From: Spirochaetota bacterium
GTDB lineage: Bacteria > Spirochaetota > Brachyspiria > Brachyspirales > JACRPF01
Length of the DNA: 64,000 bases
Reading direction: 5' to 3'
Assembly: GCA_038043445.1 (NCBI GenBank)
Contig: JBBTBY010000027.1
Location: 56,153 to 120,152, forward strand
Shown here: positions 36,589-46,547 of the stretch, piece after piece
Layout: each line of letters starts with the position of its first letter
Position numbering within the stretch: position 1 is the stretch's first letter
Position numbers and translations under genes: made by a program
Notes under the pieces: model-generated
Told to the model about the DNA's origin: nothing
Databases searched by the model: none
Seen by the model: the letters and a program-made list of their open reading frames with translations, nothing else

Positions 36589-38100
36589 CTACTTCTTCTT
36601 CGCGGCGAGGCATTTGTTCACCGCGGCGATGTACGCTTTTATCGACGCCTCGATGACGTCGGTGGACGCACCGCGCCCGGCGAACCGTTGTCCGTCGTCG
36701 ACTATGGTAAGCGATACCTCGCCGATGGCATCCTTGCCGCCGGTGACCGCATGGAGCTCATAGCCCTCGAGCGTGGGCTTCAATCCGGTTATCTTATCGA
36801 CAGCTCTGCAGAGCGCATCGATGGGGCCGTCGCCGCTTGCCGCCTCTTCGAACGGCGTGTTCGCTTTTATGAGGCGTATCGCCGCGGTCGGTATCACATT
36901 GCCGGAAACGACGTGCATGTAGTCAAGCGCGTAATCGCCCGTGTCTATCTTCATGCTCGTGGAAATGAGCGCGATGATATCATCGTCGTACACTTCTTTT
37001 TTCTTATCGGCCAGAGCGAGAAAGCGGTTGTACAGCTCTTCTATCGCCTCTTTATCAAGATTGAACCCGAGCGTCTTTACCTTCTGCGAAAATCCGTGCC
37101 GTCCCGTATGGCGGCCCATGACGAGCGTTGAGGAGTCGCGTCCTATCGATTCCGGCGTCATTATCTCGTAGGTCTCGCGCGCCTTCAACATGCCGTCCTG
37201 ATGAATGCCGCTTTCATGGGCGAAGGCATTCTTGCCGATTATCGCTTTGTTGGGCTGCACCAGGAAGCCGGTGTAGGATGCTACCTTCTTGCTTATGGGG
37301 TAGATATCGCTCGTGACGATATTCGTCTCCGCGCCGAGCAATTCGCCGCGCACCGCTATGGCCATGGCGACTTCCTCGAGAGCGGCGCTCCCCGCGCGTT
37401 CGCCGACACCGTTGATGGTACATTCGATCTGGTCCGCCCCCGCTTCTATCGCTGCGAGCGAATTGGCGGTGGCGAGCCCCAGGTCGTTATGGCAATGCAC
37501 CGATATCTTCGCCTTCGCGATGTTCGGCACGCGCGAGCGTATCGCGCTTATTATCCTGATGTACTCAGCGGGTATCGTGTAGCCCACGGTGTCGGGGATG
37601 TTTATCGTGGTGGCTCCTGCGCCGATGGCGGCCTCGACTATTTCGCAGAGGAAATCGATGTTCGTCCGCGTGGCGTCCTCCGCCGAGAATTCCACGTCAT
37701 CGACGAGGGATGCGGCATACCGTATCGAATCGACGGCGATCTTCATGACTTCCTCGCGCGTCTTCTTGAGCTTATGCTTCATGTGGATATCGCTCGTGGC
37801 GATGAACGTGTGTATGCGCCCGTGTGCGGCGTTCTTCAGTGCCTGACCGGCGCTGTCGATATCTGCTTTTACCGCACGCGCGAGCGCGCATATCGCCGGC
37901 CCCCGCACTTCCCTGGCGATGAGCTTGCATGCCTCGAACTGCACGGCGGACGATATGGGGAACCCCGCTTCGATGACATCGACCTTCATTTTTGCGAGCG
38001 AGAGGGCGATATCGAGCTTCTGCTCGGTGTTCATGGACGCCCCCGGTGCCTGCTCGCCGTCGCGCAAAGTCGTATCGAATATGATTATCTTTCTGGGCAT
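36589..38100 (-). CDS. leuA: 2-isopropylmalate synthase
   Basis: '[17 protein letters not shown]', '[17 protein letters not shown]', and a C-terminal LeuA dimerisation/regulatory domain. The internal Met start gives 504 aa. Confidence 0.85.
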   Translation of the reverse strand: MPRKIIIFDTTLRDGEQAPGASMNTEQKLDIALSLAKMKVDVIEAGFPISSAVQFEACKLIAREVRGPAICALARAVKADIDSAGQALKNAAHGRIHTFIATSDIHMKHKLKKTREEVMKIAVDSIRYAASLVDDVEFSAEDATRTNIDFLCEIVEAAIGAGATTINIPDTVGYTIPAEYIRIISAIRSRVPNIAKAKISVHCHNDLGLATANSLAAIEAGADQIECTINGVGERAGSAALEEVAMAIAVRGELLGAETNIVTSDIYPISKKVASYTGFLVQPNKAIIGKNAFAHESGIHQDGMLKARETYEIMTPESIGRDSSTLVMGRHTGRHGFSQKVKTLGFNLDKEAIEELYNRFLALADKKKEVYDDDIIALISTSMKIDTGDYALDYMHVVSGNVIPTAAIRLIKANTPFEEAASGDGPIDALCRAVDKITGLKPTLEGYELHAVTGGKDAIGEVSLTIVDDGQRFAGRGASTDVIEASIKAYIAAVNKCLAAKKK

Positions 38101-38154
38101 AACTTCTCCTGTTCCTGTAAAAAATAGTTGATTGTCGAGGTGGAAAGGATATAT

Positions 38155-38246
38155 CTCCCCTACGGGAGGATGCTGAGGAGACACCACCGATGCGTGGTGC
38201 CGGCACTGCTGGTAATGGTTATAAAATCGGTGTACATACCGCTCAT
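38155..38246 (-). promoter_or_regulatory. Candidate leader-peptide attenuator upstream of leuA
   Basis: 28-codon ORF with GAGG RBS encodes 'MSGMYTDFITITSSAGTTHRWCLLSILP' (Thr/Ile-rich). Its stop lies in the loop of hairpin CTCCC-cuac-GGGAG (38155-38168) followed by an A/U-rich tract, ~55 nt before the leuA ATG. Confidence 0.25.
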
Positions 38247-38442
38247 CCTCAAAAAAAATGGCAAAAAAGCAAAGACGTTAAAACCTGGGAGGTCACGGCT
38301 TTACTTTTTTGCACTACCGACATAATGCAGCTACATCTTGTTTAGGGAGGAAGATATAACTGCAACCTGCATACCTAGTATAACAAATCCGGCAGCGTAT
38401 GTCAATAGCGGAATTCGCCGCCGTCTGCCCGCGGAAAACGCC

Positions 38443-38471
38443 TTGACTTATTGTATTCTCCATACTAATAT
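38443..38471 (+). promoter_or_regulatory. Candidate sigma70 promoter for the HAMP-domain protein gene
   Basis: TTGACT (38443-38448), 17-nt spacer, TAATAT (38466-38471). Confidence 0.4.
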
Positions 38472-38512
38472 TGCCGTGCGCCGGTGATATGCCGGATGCG
38501 GGGAGAATCGCT

Positions 38513-39100
38513 ATGGCAAAGTTCAAGCGTACCAAATATCTCATCAACCGCAAGATGCAGATGCGTATCATGCTCAATGTGTTCATCACGGTATTCGTGC
38601 TTACATCAATACTCTCGCTTTCCATCTATTATGTCGTCTATTCCCGCTTAAGCCAGGGTGTTTCCATGGGTAAGGACAAAATAGAGAATATCGACGGCGG
38701 CGAGGGCGCATCGGCGATAAACCGCGTCAAGCATATGGCAAAAGCCACGAAATTCCTCGATGTCACCAAGGACAATATGTATGTCGATATCATCAAGATA
38801 TTCGCGCTTAATGTGATATTCTCGTTCATCGTTGTCGTCGTCTCGTTCCTGTTCATCTCCCATCGATTCGCGGGACCGGCATATCGGTTCGAACGCGCTT
38901 TTGAATCGTTGTCGGATGGCGATCTTGCAGGCACCATCAATCTGCGCAAGAACGATGAATTGCAGGATCTTTCGCTTAAGTTTAACGACATGCTTTCCGT
39001 GCTCAACGGGCGCATCGCTTCCGCGCAGAAAGCCGCGCACGACGGTGATAATAAAGCGGTGCTCGACGCGCTTGCGCAGTTCAAGACGAAGAAGTCGTAA
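38513..39100 (+). CDS. Small membrane protein with HAMP domain and no output domain
   Basis: Two TM helices then 'ISHRFAGPAYRFERAFESLSDGDLAGTINLRKNDELQDLSLKFNDMLSVL' (HAMP). Confidence 0.5.
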   Translation: MAKFKRTKYLINRKMQMRIMLNVFITVFVLTSILSLSIYYVVYSRLSQGVSMGKDKIENIDGGEGASAINRVKHMAKATKFLDVTKDNMYVDIIKIFALNVIFSFIVVVVSFLFISHRFAGPAYRFERAFESLSDGDLAGTINLRKNDELQDLSLKFNDMLSVLNGRIASAQKAAHDGDNKAVLDALAQFKTKKS

Positions 39101-39115
39101 GCAGACAGCCCGCTA

Positions 39116-39139
39116 AACAAGGGGTCATGACCCCTTGTT
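39116..39139. terminator. Bidirectional hairpin terminator between convergent genes
   Basis: Perfect 10-bp stem 'aacaaggggtc atg accccttgtt'. Confidence 0.5.
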
Positions 39140-39231
39140 CTCATTCATATCTGCATCCATTCATCGAATGGCGTCAACTGTATTTCTATCGGATGGTATT
39201 TTCGCGATGATCTCCAGCGATAGCCTTCCGG

Positions 39232-40098
39232 CTAAAAACCGTGCACTTTCAGCTCCCTGACTACAGATACATAGAACGCCGGCGTGTCGAATCCCGATAC
39301 GTTATTGCGGAATCCGTCATGCGCATGGAAGTGCGATACGCCTGTCCCGTTCAATTCTCCTTCAATGATGCCGCGGAACGTCCCCCATTGCGCCGATGCG
39401 GTCGATACGAGCCCGTCATTCGCCCCTTCGCGTGCGAGAATGATCGCATGCTGGAAAGCGAGGAGGAGATTGCATTCCGGGCGTTTCATCACGAACGCAT
39501 GACTTTGATAGTAGACGAGCGGCGAATCGGGGCAGGTCCTGTTGAATTCCTTCATGTACGGTATTGAAAGCTCAACGGCTGCCTCGCGGACGTCGGGATC
39601 CTTGTCGCCGCTCAACGCCCCTGCGAGAGAGAATGTCAGCGCGGCGGCCGTGCCGAATGTCCGGTACTGCTCGAGCGCAAAGTCGGCAACGCTCGACCCG
39701 CAATGCGGTGTCGCTATCGTGGTGAGGCTCGCAACATACGGCGCCATACCGAGATGCGTGATGGCGTAGCGCGATTCGATACCGCCCTTCGACATGGCAA
39801 TGAGATTCACCTTTGCGGTACCGGCAGCTTGCATCGCGGAGGATATCGAGCGCTTAATGATCATGGCATTGCCGGCATGCGATCGCCAGGCATCCTGCCC
39901 GCTGAAAAACACCAGCGCTCCCTCGGTGCGCAATCGTCCGGGTATGCGCCCCCAGTATGCGACGGCGGCGTCATCGTCGCGCGCGGAAACGCCGTGTACG
40001 AGGATGATGGGATATCGAGTACTGCAATTCGATACGACAAGCGGGCACAGTGCCGATGGGAATGCTGTTGCCGCGGCGAGAAGCGCGATGATGTATTT
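39232..40098 (-). CDS. Secreted lipase/esterase (alpha/beta hydrolase, lipase class 2-like)
   Basis: Signal peptide 'MKYIIALLAAATAFPSA'; 'LIAMSKGG' nucleophile elbow; 'ILVHGV' oxyanion region. Confidence 0.6.
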   Translation of the reverse strand, partial: KYIIALLAAATAFPSALCPLVVSNCSTRYPIILVHGVSARDDDAAVAYWGRIPGRLRTEGALVFFSGQDAWRSHAGNAMIIKRSISSAMQAAGTAKVNLIAMSKGGIESRYAITHLGMAPYVASLTTIATPHCGSSVADFALEQYRTFGTAAALTFSLAGALSGDKDPDVREAAVELSIPYMKEFNRTCPDSPLVYYQSHAFVMKRPECNLLLAFQHAIILAREGANDGLVSTASAQWGTFRGIIEGELNGTGVSHFHAHDGFRNNVSGFDTPAFYVSVVRELKVHGF

Positions 40099-40132
40099 CA
40101 TCCGTACCGTATACTGCTGCCGAATGGATATG

Positions 40133-40933
40133 TCACACCACATCGATCTTCTCCCGAAAACTTCCGGGCGTCGTATGGCAGAGCGATCTGAACGCCTTTA
40201 CGAATGAAGCGCTGTCCGAGAATCCCGTGCGACGCGCGGCGGCGTGTACCGGACACCCCTCGGACAGGAGCTGTTTTGCAGCCTCCATGCGGCGCTGCAT
40301 GATATACCGATGCGGCGTCGTATGCAGATGCTCGGTGAAGATACGAATGACGCTCGTGCGGTCCATGCCGATGATGCCCGCGAGATCGGTAAGGCCGATG
40401 CGGCTTTCCAGATGTGATCCGATGTATGTTTTCATCGCGCTTAATTTCCCGTACCGCTCATTTCCTGACGGCGTCGATTTTTTAACGGTTATCTTTCCGC
40501 GTTCCACTATATAGGATAACACCCCGAGCACGAATGTGGTTCGCGCTATTGCACTTTCGCCGTTCTGTACGACATCTGCGAATGAACGCCGAACAGCGCC
40601 TTCGCGTATATGCACCTGGTGCGGTATGACAAGACGCCCGGTAAATACGCCATTATCGCCCGTCGGCATGAAATGGCAGAGCGTGACCGTGATGTTGTGC
40701 GGCAGTACCTGCCGTATACTGACCGTTTCTCCGGGCGAGAAAACATAGAGCGTATTCGCATGTACCGGATACGTCGCCGTATCGATTCGTATCGTGCCGC
40801 GGCCGCGATGCACATACCAGAGGTCGTAATCGGGGAGCTTGAGATCGTTCACCTGCCATGTCGTTTCGCACACGTGATGGAGAGGATGTTTGACCGTATA
40901 CGATGCGCCTGCAATGACAGCTTCGATGTCCAT
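40133..40933 (-). CDS. AraC-family transcriptional regulator (cupin + HTH)
   Basis: N-terminal cupin and C-terminal 'RIFTEHLHTTPHRYIMQRRMEAAKQLL...GFSDSASFVKAFRSLCHTTPGSFR' AraC HTH. Confidence 0.7.
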   Translation of the reverse strand: MDIEAVIAGASYTVKHPLHHVCETTWQVNDLKLPDYDLWYVHRGRGTIRIDTATYPVHANTLYVFSPGETVSIRQVLPHNITVTLCHFMPTGDNGVFTGRLVIPHQVHIREGAVRRSFADVVQNGESAIARTTFVLGVLSYIVERGKITVKKSTPSGNERYGKLSAMKTYIGSHLESRIGLTDLAGIIGMDRTSVIRIFTEHLHTTPHRYIMQRRMEAAKQLLSEGCPVHAAARRTGFSDSASFVKAFRSLCHTTPGSFREKIDVV

Positions 40934-41056
40934 TAGGTGAATTTATCAGACAGCGCATTTTTTGCAACTATTTGACAACAGTATGCAACACGCCGACATC
41001 CGCACATCCGCCCCCGTGTGTAGTATTATCGCATGCAATAGTTCGGGAGGCGGCTC

Positions 41057-42136
41057 ATGAGAAAGTATGTACTCACCGGCAGGGAACGCACCCTGTTGGC
41101 GCTTGATTTTAAGCCCATCGACCGTCCGCCGGTGGTCGGTGGTTTCGTGCGTCATCCGTCGTTCATAGCAGAGTCGGCAGGCGTTACCGTTGATGCCTTC
41201 TGGGAAGATAAGCGCAGCATTGCTTTCAGGGCATTTCGGAATGTCGGTGCTGATGTTGTGATCGGGCTCATACTGCCTGACAGATCGTCAAAGTCAGGCG
41301 CACAGCATGAGATAGTCCGGCAGGAAAAACATGCCACTCCCGAGGATGTTGTTGCCTTCATTCATACGCTTCCGGCACCATCTGAGGCGCGTCGTTCGGT
41401 CGATGTAGACGCAGCGTACCGGGAGTATCTGACGCTGTATGAAGAAGGGCAGTCACAGGCAGGCGACATGCTCTGGATACCCAATACATTTTCTTCCGTA
41501 TGTCAGTTCCAGAACGAACCGCGTTTCGGCGCCGAGAATTATTACATGGCGCTGGCATTGTATCCGGAGGATATGAAACGGTTCTTCGAATGGTCGGGTG
41601 AGATCGCGTACCAGCGCAATGTGGGGATAGCGCGGGCTATTATCGAACATGATCTTCCGCGCGTGATGTGGCTCGGACAGGATGCCTGCGACAACAAGGG
41701 GCCGTATATTCGCCCGGATATCATGAACGATATCTATATCCGATACGTGAAGCGCTCGCTTCAACCGCTCAAGGATGCCGGCGTTACTATCATCTGGCAT
41801 TCCGATGGGAATATCATGCCGATAGCTCAGTATCTCCTCGATGCCGGTATCGACGGATTTCAGGGACTGCAGGAAACGATAGATACCAAGGTCGACATTA
41901 GCGTCCTGTCGCAGATGACGACACAAAGCGGCCGCAAGCCTATCATCGTGGGGAGTGTTTCAAGCGTTACGACATTGCCGTTCGGCAGTCCCGACGATGT
42001 TCGCGCCGACGTCATGCGCTGCAGGAAACTCGCCGAGGAGCGCGGCGGGGGCTGGCTGATCAATTCATCGTCTTCCATAGGACCTGAGGTCCCGATCGAT
42101 AATGTTCGTACGCTATTCCGTACCGCAGCCGCTTGA
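41057..42136 (+). CDS. Uroporphyrinogen-decarboxylase (URO-D)-like family protein
   Basis: 359 aa TIM-barrel URO-D/MtaA-like fold, assigned from overall length and pattern; low specificity. Confidence 0.5.
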   Translation: MRKYVLTGRERTLLALDFKPIDRPPVVGGFVRHPSFIAESAGVTVDAFWEDKRSIAFRAFRNVGADVVIGLILPDRSSKSGAQHEIVRQEKHATPEDVVAFIHTLPAPSEARRSVDVDAAYREYLTLYEEGQSQAGDMLWIPNTFSSVCQFQNEPRFGAENYYMALALYPEDMKRFFEWSGEIAYQRNVGIARAIIEHDLPRVMWLGQDACDNKGPYIRPDIMNDIYIRYVKRSLQPLKDAGVTIIWHSDGNIMPIAQYLLDAGIDGFQGLQETIDTKVDISVLSQMTTQSGRKPIIVGSVSSVTTLPFGSPDDVRADVMRCRKLAEERGGGWLINSSSSIGPEVPIDNVRTLFRTAAA

Positions 42137-42197
42137 CTTCCCTTGGTCTTGTATTATATTATAAACAAGTGTTTACCATATAAAACAAGAGGAAATC

Positions 42198-42893
42198 ATG
42201 TACGAACCATTCGATTACGGTATTCCCGTGACGGACCTCCGGAACCGATATTCCAAACTGTATTCCGGGCTTATTTACGATGTGCTCGATGAGATGAAGA
42301 TCCCCAATCAGGCGCTTGCAAATGACATCAAACCCCTCGATGACAAGTGGGTGCTTGCCGGGCCGGCGTACACGGTCAAAATGGAAAGCCGCCCTGATGT
42401 TGACACCAAACTCCGTGAATATCGACTGACCATGCTCGATCATATGCATCCGGGCATGGTGGAGATTCGCGACTGCTCGCATGACGAACAGGCGGCGCAT
42501 TTCGGCGAACTTAATGCGAACATTATTCGTGCAAAGGGCTGTGTCGGGGCCGTGGTCGACGGCGGTTCGCGGGATTCGCGCTTTATCAAGGAAATGGATT
42601 TTCCCGTTTTCTGCCGCTATCGCAACCCCGTTGAGGCGCTCGGCAGATGCGTCGTCACCCGCGTGCTTGTCGATATCGTCATGCGCGGCGCACTGACGAC
42701 AGGCGTGACCGTGCGCCCGTGGGATTATATCTTCGCCGACATGGACGGCGTCATCGTCATACCCCGCGAGATCACCAAAAATGTGCTCGAGCAGTGCGAG
42801 CATGAATTCGCCAAGGAAAGCGAATCGCGTACGCTCTATCGCGATCCGACGCTCTCTCCGCTGGATATTTATAAAAAGCTCGGTAAACTATAG
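42198..42893 (+). CDS. RraA-family protein (RraA / 4-hydroxy-4-methyl-2-oxoglutarate aldolase-like)
   Basis: 'GCVGAVVDGGSRDSRFI' matches the RraA/HMG-CPA aldolase 'DG..RD' motif; 231 aa. Confidence 0.7.
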   Translation: MYEPFDYGIPVTDLRNRYSKLYSGLIYDVLDEMKIPNQALANDIKPLDDKWVLAGPAYTVKMESRPDVDTKLREYRLTMLDHMHPGMVEIRDCSHDEQAAHFGELNANIIRAKGCVGAVVDGGSRDSRFIKEMDFPVFCRYRNPVEALGRCVVTRVLVDIVMRGALTTGVTVRPWDYIFADMDGVIVIPREITKNVLEQCEHEFAKESESRTLYRDPTLSPLDIYKKLGKL

Positions 42894-42933
42894 AGCAGGG
42901 GGCTTTCCCCCACTACTTTTTATGGAGGAGACT

Positions 42934-43431
42934 ATGGAAAAGATCGTCTTGCGGATGTTCAATACGGCAGCACTGGTATTCGTGTTCGCATCGTTCGTGT
43001 CGGCGCAATCGCTTGTATCCGGGCTGACCGATACGAATGTCGTTGTCAGTGTTCTGGAAAAGGAGGGACGGCGCATTGCCGACGTTCCATTGAAATTCAA
43101 GGACGTGCCATCGTCGCTTGCGGGGAAAACGCTTGTCATCGTATCCCGAGGGGACAGGCAGGCCGCGGGACAGGGGTTCCAATTCACGGTCACGAAGGAA
43201 GCAGTCGTATATCTTTTCGTCATGGAGCGCGGTAAGCCGAATGTGCCCGCCGAATGGAAGAAGACGGTCTTGAACGCGACATTCTATTATGACAAAACGA
43301 TGGACTTTAAGGATTCGATATATACGAAGAAAATAGCCGCCGGCGAAAAGGTCATTGTCCCGGCGCATGATGGGTCTGATGGCAGCTCGTTCGGTGTGCC
43401 GCATTGCTGTGTTGTCGTCCCGAACGAATAA
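42934..43431 (+). CDS. Secreted hypothetical protein
   Basis: Signal peptide 'MEKIVLRMFNTAALVFVFASFVSAQS'. GGAGGAG RBS before the internal Met. Confidence 0.4.
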   Translation: MEKIVLRMFNTAALVFVFASFVSAQSLVSGLTDTNVVVSVLEKEGRRIADVPLKFKDVPSSLAGKTLVIVSRGDRQAAGQGFQFTVTKEAVVYLFVMERGKPNVPAEWKKTVLNATFYYDKTMDFKDSIYTKKIAAGEKVIVPAHDGSDGSSFGVPHCCVVVPNE

Positions 43432-43530
43432 GCGGTGTATACACGGTCTCAATGCAATGGCACCCCTGCACATTGCGGGGCAGATGTTGAAGCGCAGTAA
43501 CGAAATACGATCAAGGCAAGGAGCTTCAGT

Positions 43531-44721
43531 ATGAAGATCACGGACATCAAATCACGCGTCGTGGCGATACCCCTCAATGCGAAGCTGCGTCACAACACCG
43601 GTGTGCATCCGGGGTATTTCCTCCGCACTATCGTGGAAGTGTTCACCGATGAGGGTATCGTCGGTCTCGGCGAAGTGGGCGGCGGCGATCAGCGCGGCGC
43701 GATAGACAAGATAAAGCATCGCGTCATCGGTCTTGATCCGTTCCATCTCGAGGAGATAAAGCTCCGCGCTCTCCGCTCGATATACTATCTTTCCAATTCA
43801 CGCATCTACGCGGCGATAGAGATCGCCTGTCTCGACATTCAAGGCAAGATACTCAACCGTCCGATGTCGGACCTTCTCGGCGGCAGGATACGGGATAAAG
43901 TGCCGTTCATCGCATACCTTTTCTGGCGCTATGACCGCCCGGGCGGCGGCGACGATACGACCGCCATGGACATCGCTCGGCACACGCAGGAATTATCGAA
44001 ACAATACGGTTTTCAGTCGATGAAGCTTAAGGCCGGCGTCATGGAGCCGAAAGTGGAGCTTCAAGCGATGCGCGAATGCAGAAAACTCCTCGGTGATGAT
44101 TTCGGTCTTCGCATCGATCCCAACGGCGTGTGGAGCCGCGAAACGGCGGTGCGCATGGCGAAGCAGCTCGAAGAACTCGACCTTGAATATCTCGAGGATC
44201 CCTGCTGGGGGCTTACCGGGATGCAGGCGGTGCGCGAACGCACATCGATATGCCTTGCGACGAACATGTACCCCAATAAGTTCGACGATCTCGGCCCTGC
44301 GATAAAGATGAACACTATCGATATCATACTCACAGACCTTCACTATTGGGAAGGTCCGATGGGCGTGAAAAAGCTCGAGGCGATATGCATGACGTTCAAT
44401 CTCGGCGTGGCAATGCATTCGGGAGCGGAGTTCGGCATAGAACTCGCCGCAATGATACACACCGCGAGCACGATACCGGCGATGCATTATGCGGGTGATG
44501 CGCATTATCATTATCTCGAGGATGACATAATCGAGGGCGGAAAGTTCCAGTACAAGGACGGCTGCATCGACGTGCCCAAGGGGCCGGGCCTCGGCGTGAA
44601 ACTCGATGAGGACAAGATGAAGCATTACGGGAAATATTACGAGAAGATGGGCGACTACTATGCACGATTCCATCGCGACGACCGAAACCCCGACTGGCGT
44701 CCTGTCATCGGGGGCATGTAA
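43531..44721 (+). CDS. Enolase-superfamily sugar-acid dehydratase (MR/MLE family, glucarate-dehydratase-like)
   Basis: 'MKLKAG' KxK-region, 'LRIDPNGVW' (metal Asp), 'LEYLEDP' (metal Glu/Asp); 396 aa. Confidence 0.65.
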   Translation: MKITDIKSRVVAIPLNAKLRHNTGVHPGYFLRTIVEVFTDEGIVGLGEVGGGDQRGAIDKIKHRVIGLDPFHLEEIKLRALRSIYYLSNSRIYAAIEIACLDIQGKILNRPMSDLLGGRIRDKVPFIAYLFWRYDRPGGGDDTTAMDIARHTQELSKQYGFQSMKLKAGVMEPKVELQAMRECRKLLGDDFGLRIDPNGVWSRETAVRMAKQLEELDLEYLEDPCWGLTGMQAVRERTSICLATNMYPNKFDDLGPAIKMNTIDIILTDLHYWEGPMGVKKLEAICMTFNLGVAMHSGAEFGIELAAMIHTASTIPAMHYAGDAHYHYLEDDIIEGGKFQYKDGCIDVPKGPGLGVKLDEDKMKHYGKYYEKMGDYYARFHRDDRNPDWRPVIGGM

Positions 44722-45476
44722 TGGCAAAAGAGATGACCGGAAAAACGGTGCTCGTTACCGGCGCTACCGGCGGCATCGGCGAGGCGACCGCGCTCGTCTT
44801 TGCGAAAGCCGGTGCTCGTGTGCTGGCTCACTATCGGAGCGATCCTCAGGGTGCGAAACGGCTTGTGGCGAAACTCAATAAGTTCTCGCGCGGGAATATC
44901 GCCGTGTATGCCGATCTCGGCAAGCGCGAGGATATCGCATCGCTCTTCGCACAGGTAAAAAAGGGGCGTCTCGATGTGCTCGTCAACAACGCGGGCTATT
45001 GCCCCAAGAACGGTTTTCTCGATATACCGTATGACGAACTCGACCGCGTTATGAAGGTGAATTTCTATGCGCCGTTCATATGCGCACAGGAAGCGGCGAA
45101 AATAATGAAAAAAGGCGCGGCAATCGTGTTCGTGGCGTCCGTTGATGGATATCATCCGGGGATGATGCGTTCTCATTACGGTGCATCGAAGGCGGCCGAG
45201 CTCAATCTCGTGAAGAACGCGGCGCTCGAGCTCGCAGCGAAAGGCATTCGCGTGAACGCGGTGGCGCCCGGCGCTATCGATACGCCGATGACAGGGGCTG
45301 TCACGAAGGACAAGAAGCGCCTCGCACATGTCAACAATGGCATCGCGATGAAGCGGTTCGGGACAGCGAAGGAGATCGCCGACGCGGTGTTCTATCTCGC
45401 ATCGGACAATGCGACGTATGCCACCGGCAGCGTGCTCGCCGTCGACGGCGGGCTTACGCTCATGCGCGGTTATTGA
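44721..45476 (+). CDS. SDR-family oxidoreductase
   Basis: 'VLVTGATGGIGEA' and the 'YGASKAA' catalytic YxxxK. TAATG overlap with the upstream gene. Confidence 0.8.
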   Translation: MAKEMTGKTVLVTGATGGIGEATALVFAKAGARVLAHYRSDPQGAKRLVAKLNKFSRGNIAVYADLGKREDIASLFAQVKKGRLDVLVNNAGYCPKNGFLDIPYDELDRVMKVNFYAPFICAQEAAKIMKKGAAIVFVASVDGYHPGMMRSHYGASKAAELNLVKNAALELAAKGIRVNAVAPGAIDTPMTGAVTKDKKRLAHVNNGIAMKRFGTAKEIADAVFYLASDNATYATGSVLAVDGGLTLMRGY

Positions 45477-45494
45477 TATCATAAGGAGTTTTCG

Positions 45495-46547
45495 ATGAGC
45501 AACGCAGTGATGCGCGGAATGAGTTTCGGATTTCTCGCGAAACGGGATTATTTCAGGAGCAGGGAAGGGCTGGCACAGCCGGCAAAAATGGCCGATCTGG
45601 GAATAGACTGGGTGGCGCTTAATATCACCGTAATTCAGAAGACCGTGTTCGATACGCGTATGTATCAGGATTACGAATATTCTCCCGACGACCGCGAGCT
45701 TGAGGGCATTGTCCGGGAATTCCAAAAGCGCAAGATAAAGGTCATGCTGAAACCGATGATAGAATGTCTTGACGGCGCATGGCGCGGCTCCATCATCATG
45801 CCCGAAGCCCCGGGTCTTATCGAGGGGCGAAAGACCGATTACCGAGGGTCTTGGTTCGAATCGCTCACACACTCGCTCACGCATTTCGGGAGGCTCGGCA
45901 CCGAGCTTGGCTGCGAAATGTTCTGTCTCGGCTGTGAACTTGACGGAGTGGAAAAACTAAACAGTTACTGGTCACCGGTCGTCGATGCGGTACGCGAAGT
46001 GTACAAAGGGGCGCTGAGCTATGATACGACGCTTTGGGCGCTCGATAAAGGCGCTCCGAAATGGTTCGATCAATTGGATAATGTGCAGGTGAGCTTTTAT
46101 CCGTGCCTCGGGGATACATCGCATCTCCCGGGGACGGGGACGAAAATGCTCGACAGGAGCGATCGCTCGCCGGAAAGCGTTGCGGAAATGACGAAGAATC
46201 TCGCTAAGCGTGTGAGCGAAATGCGCGCGCTCGCGGAGAAGGTCGGCAAACCCCTCGTGTTCGGTGAATGCGGCTGCCGCTCACGCGCCGGTGCCTGCGG
46301 GAACCCCGCTGACTGGCGCCTGCCCGGAGTGTACGACGGCGAGGAACAGGCGAAATTTTTCGATGCCGTGCTCGGTTCGTTCTGGGACGAGTCGTGGTGG
46401 CAGGGCCTCTTTGTCTGGAAATGGGATGAGCAGCAGCTTCGCGCGCACTATCGAACCGATACGAGGGGAGATATGGGGTTCATCGTTGACGGGAAACCGG
46501 CGGCTGAGACGCTTAAGCGCTGGTATACGCGGACAGATAGACGATGA
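45495..46547 (+). CDS. Uncharacterized GH-A-clan-like TIM-barrel hydrolase, paralog A
   Basis: Colinear with 48032..49045: 'MLKPMIECLDG', 'GCEMFCLGCELD', 'VYKG', 'GKPLVFGECGCRS.AGA', 'YDGEEQAKFF', 'WKWDEQ', 'DGKPAAE'. Putative acid/base in xELD and nucleophile in ECG. Confidence 0.45.
   Translation: MSNAVMRGMSFGFLAKRDYFRSREGLAQPAKMADLGIDWVALNITVIQKTVFDTRMYQDYEYSPDDRELEGIVREFQKRKIKVMLKPMIECLDGAWRGSIIMPEAPGLIEGRKTDYRGSWFESLTHSLTHFGRLGTELGCEMFCLGCELDGVEKLNSYWSPVVDAVREVYKGALSYDTTLWALDKGAPKWFDQLDNVQVSFYPCLGDTSHLPGTGTKMLDRSDRSPESVAEMTKNLAKRVSEMRALAEKVGKPLVFGECGCRSRAGACGNPADWRLPGVYDGEEQAKFFDAVLGSFWDESWWQGLFVWKWDEQQLRAHYRTDTRGDMGFIVDGKPAAETLKRWYTRTDRR

Noticed and set aside
44658-45884. 408-aa minus-strand ORF across the SDR and GH-like genes; similar antisense ORFs at 47354..48616, 52070..53518, 54605..55639 and 56162..57175
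   Set aside because: All are R/H/D/E-rich antisense artefacts of high-GC coding regions whose sense strands carry clear GH5/SDR/IclR/SGNH motifs.
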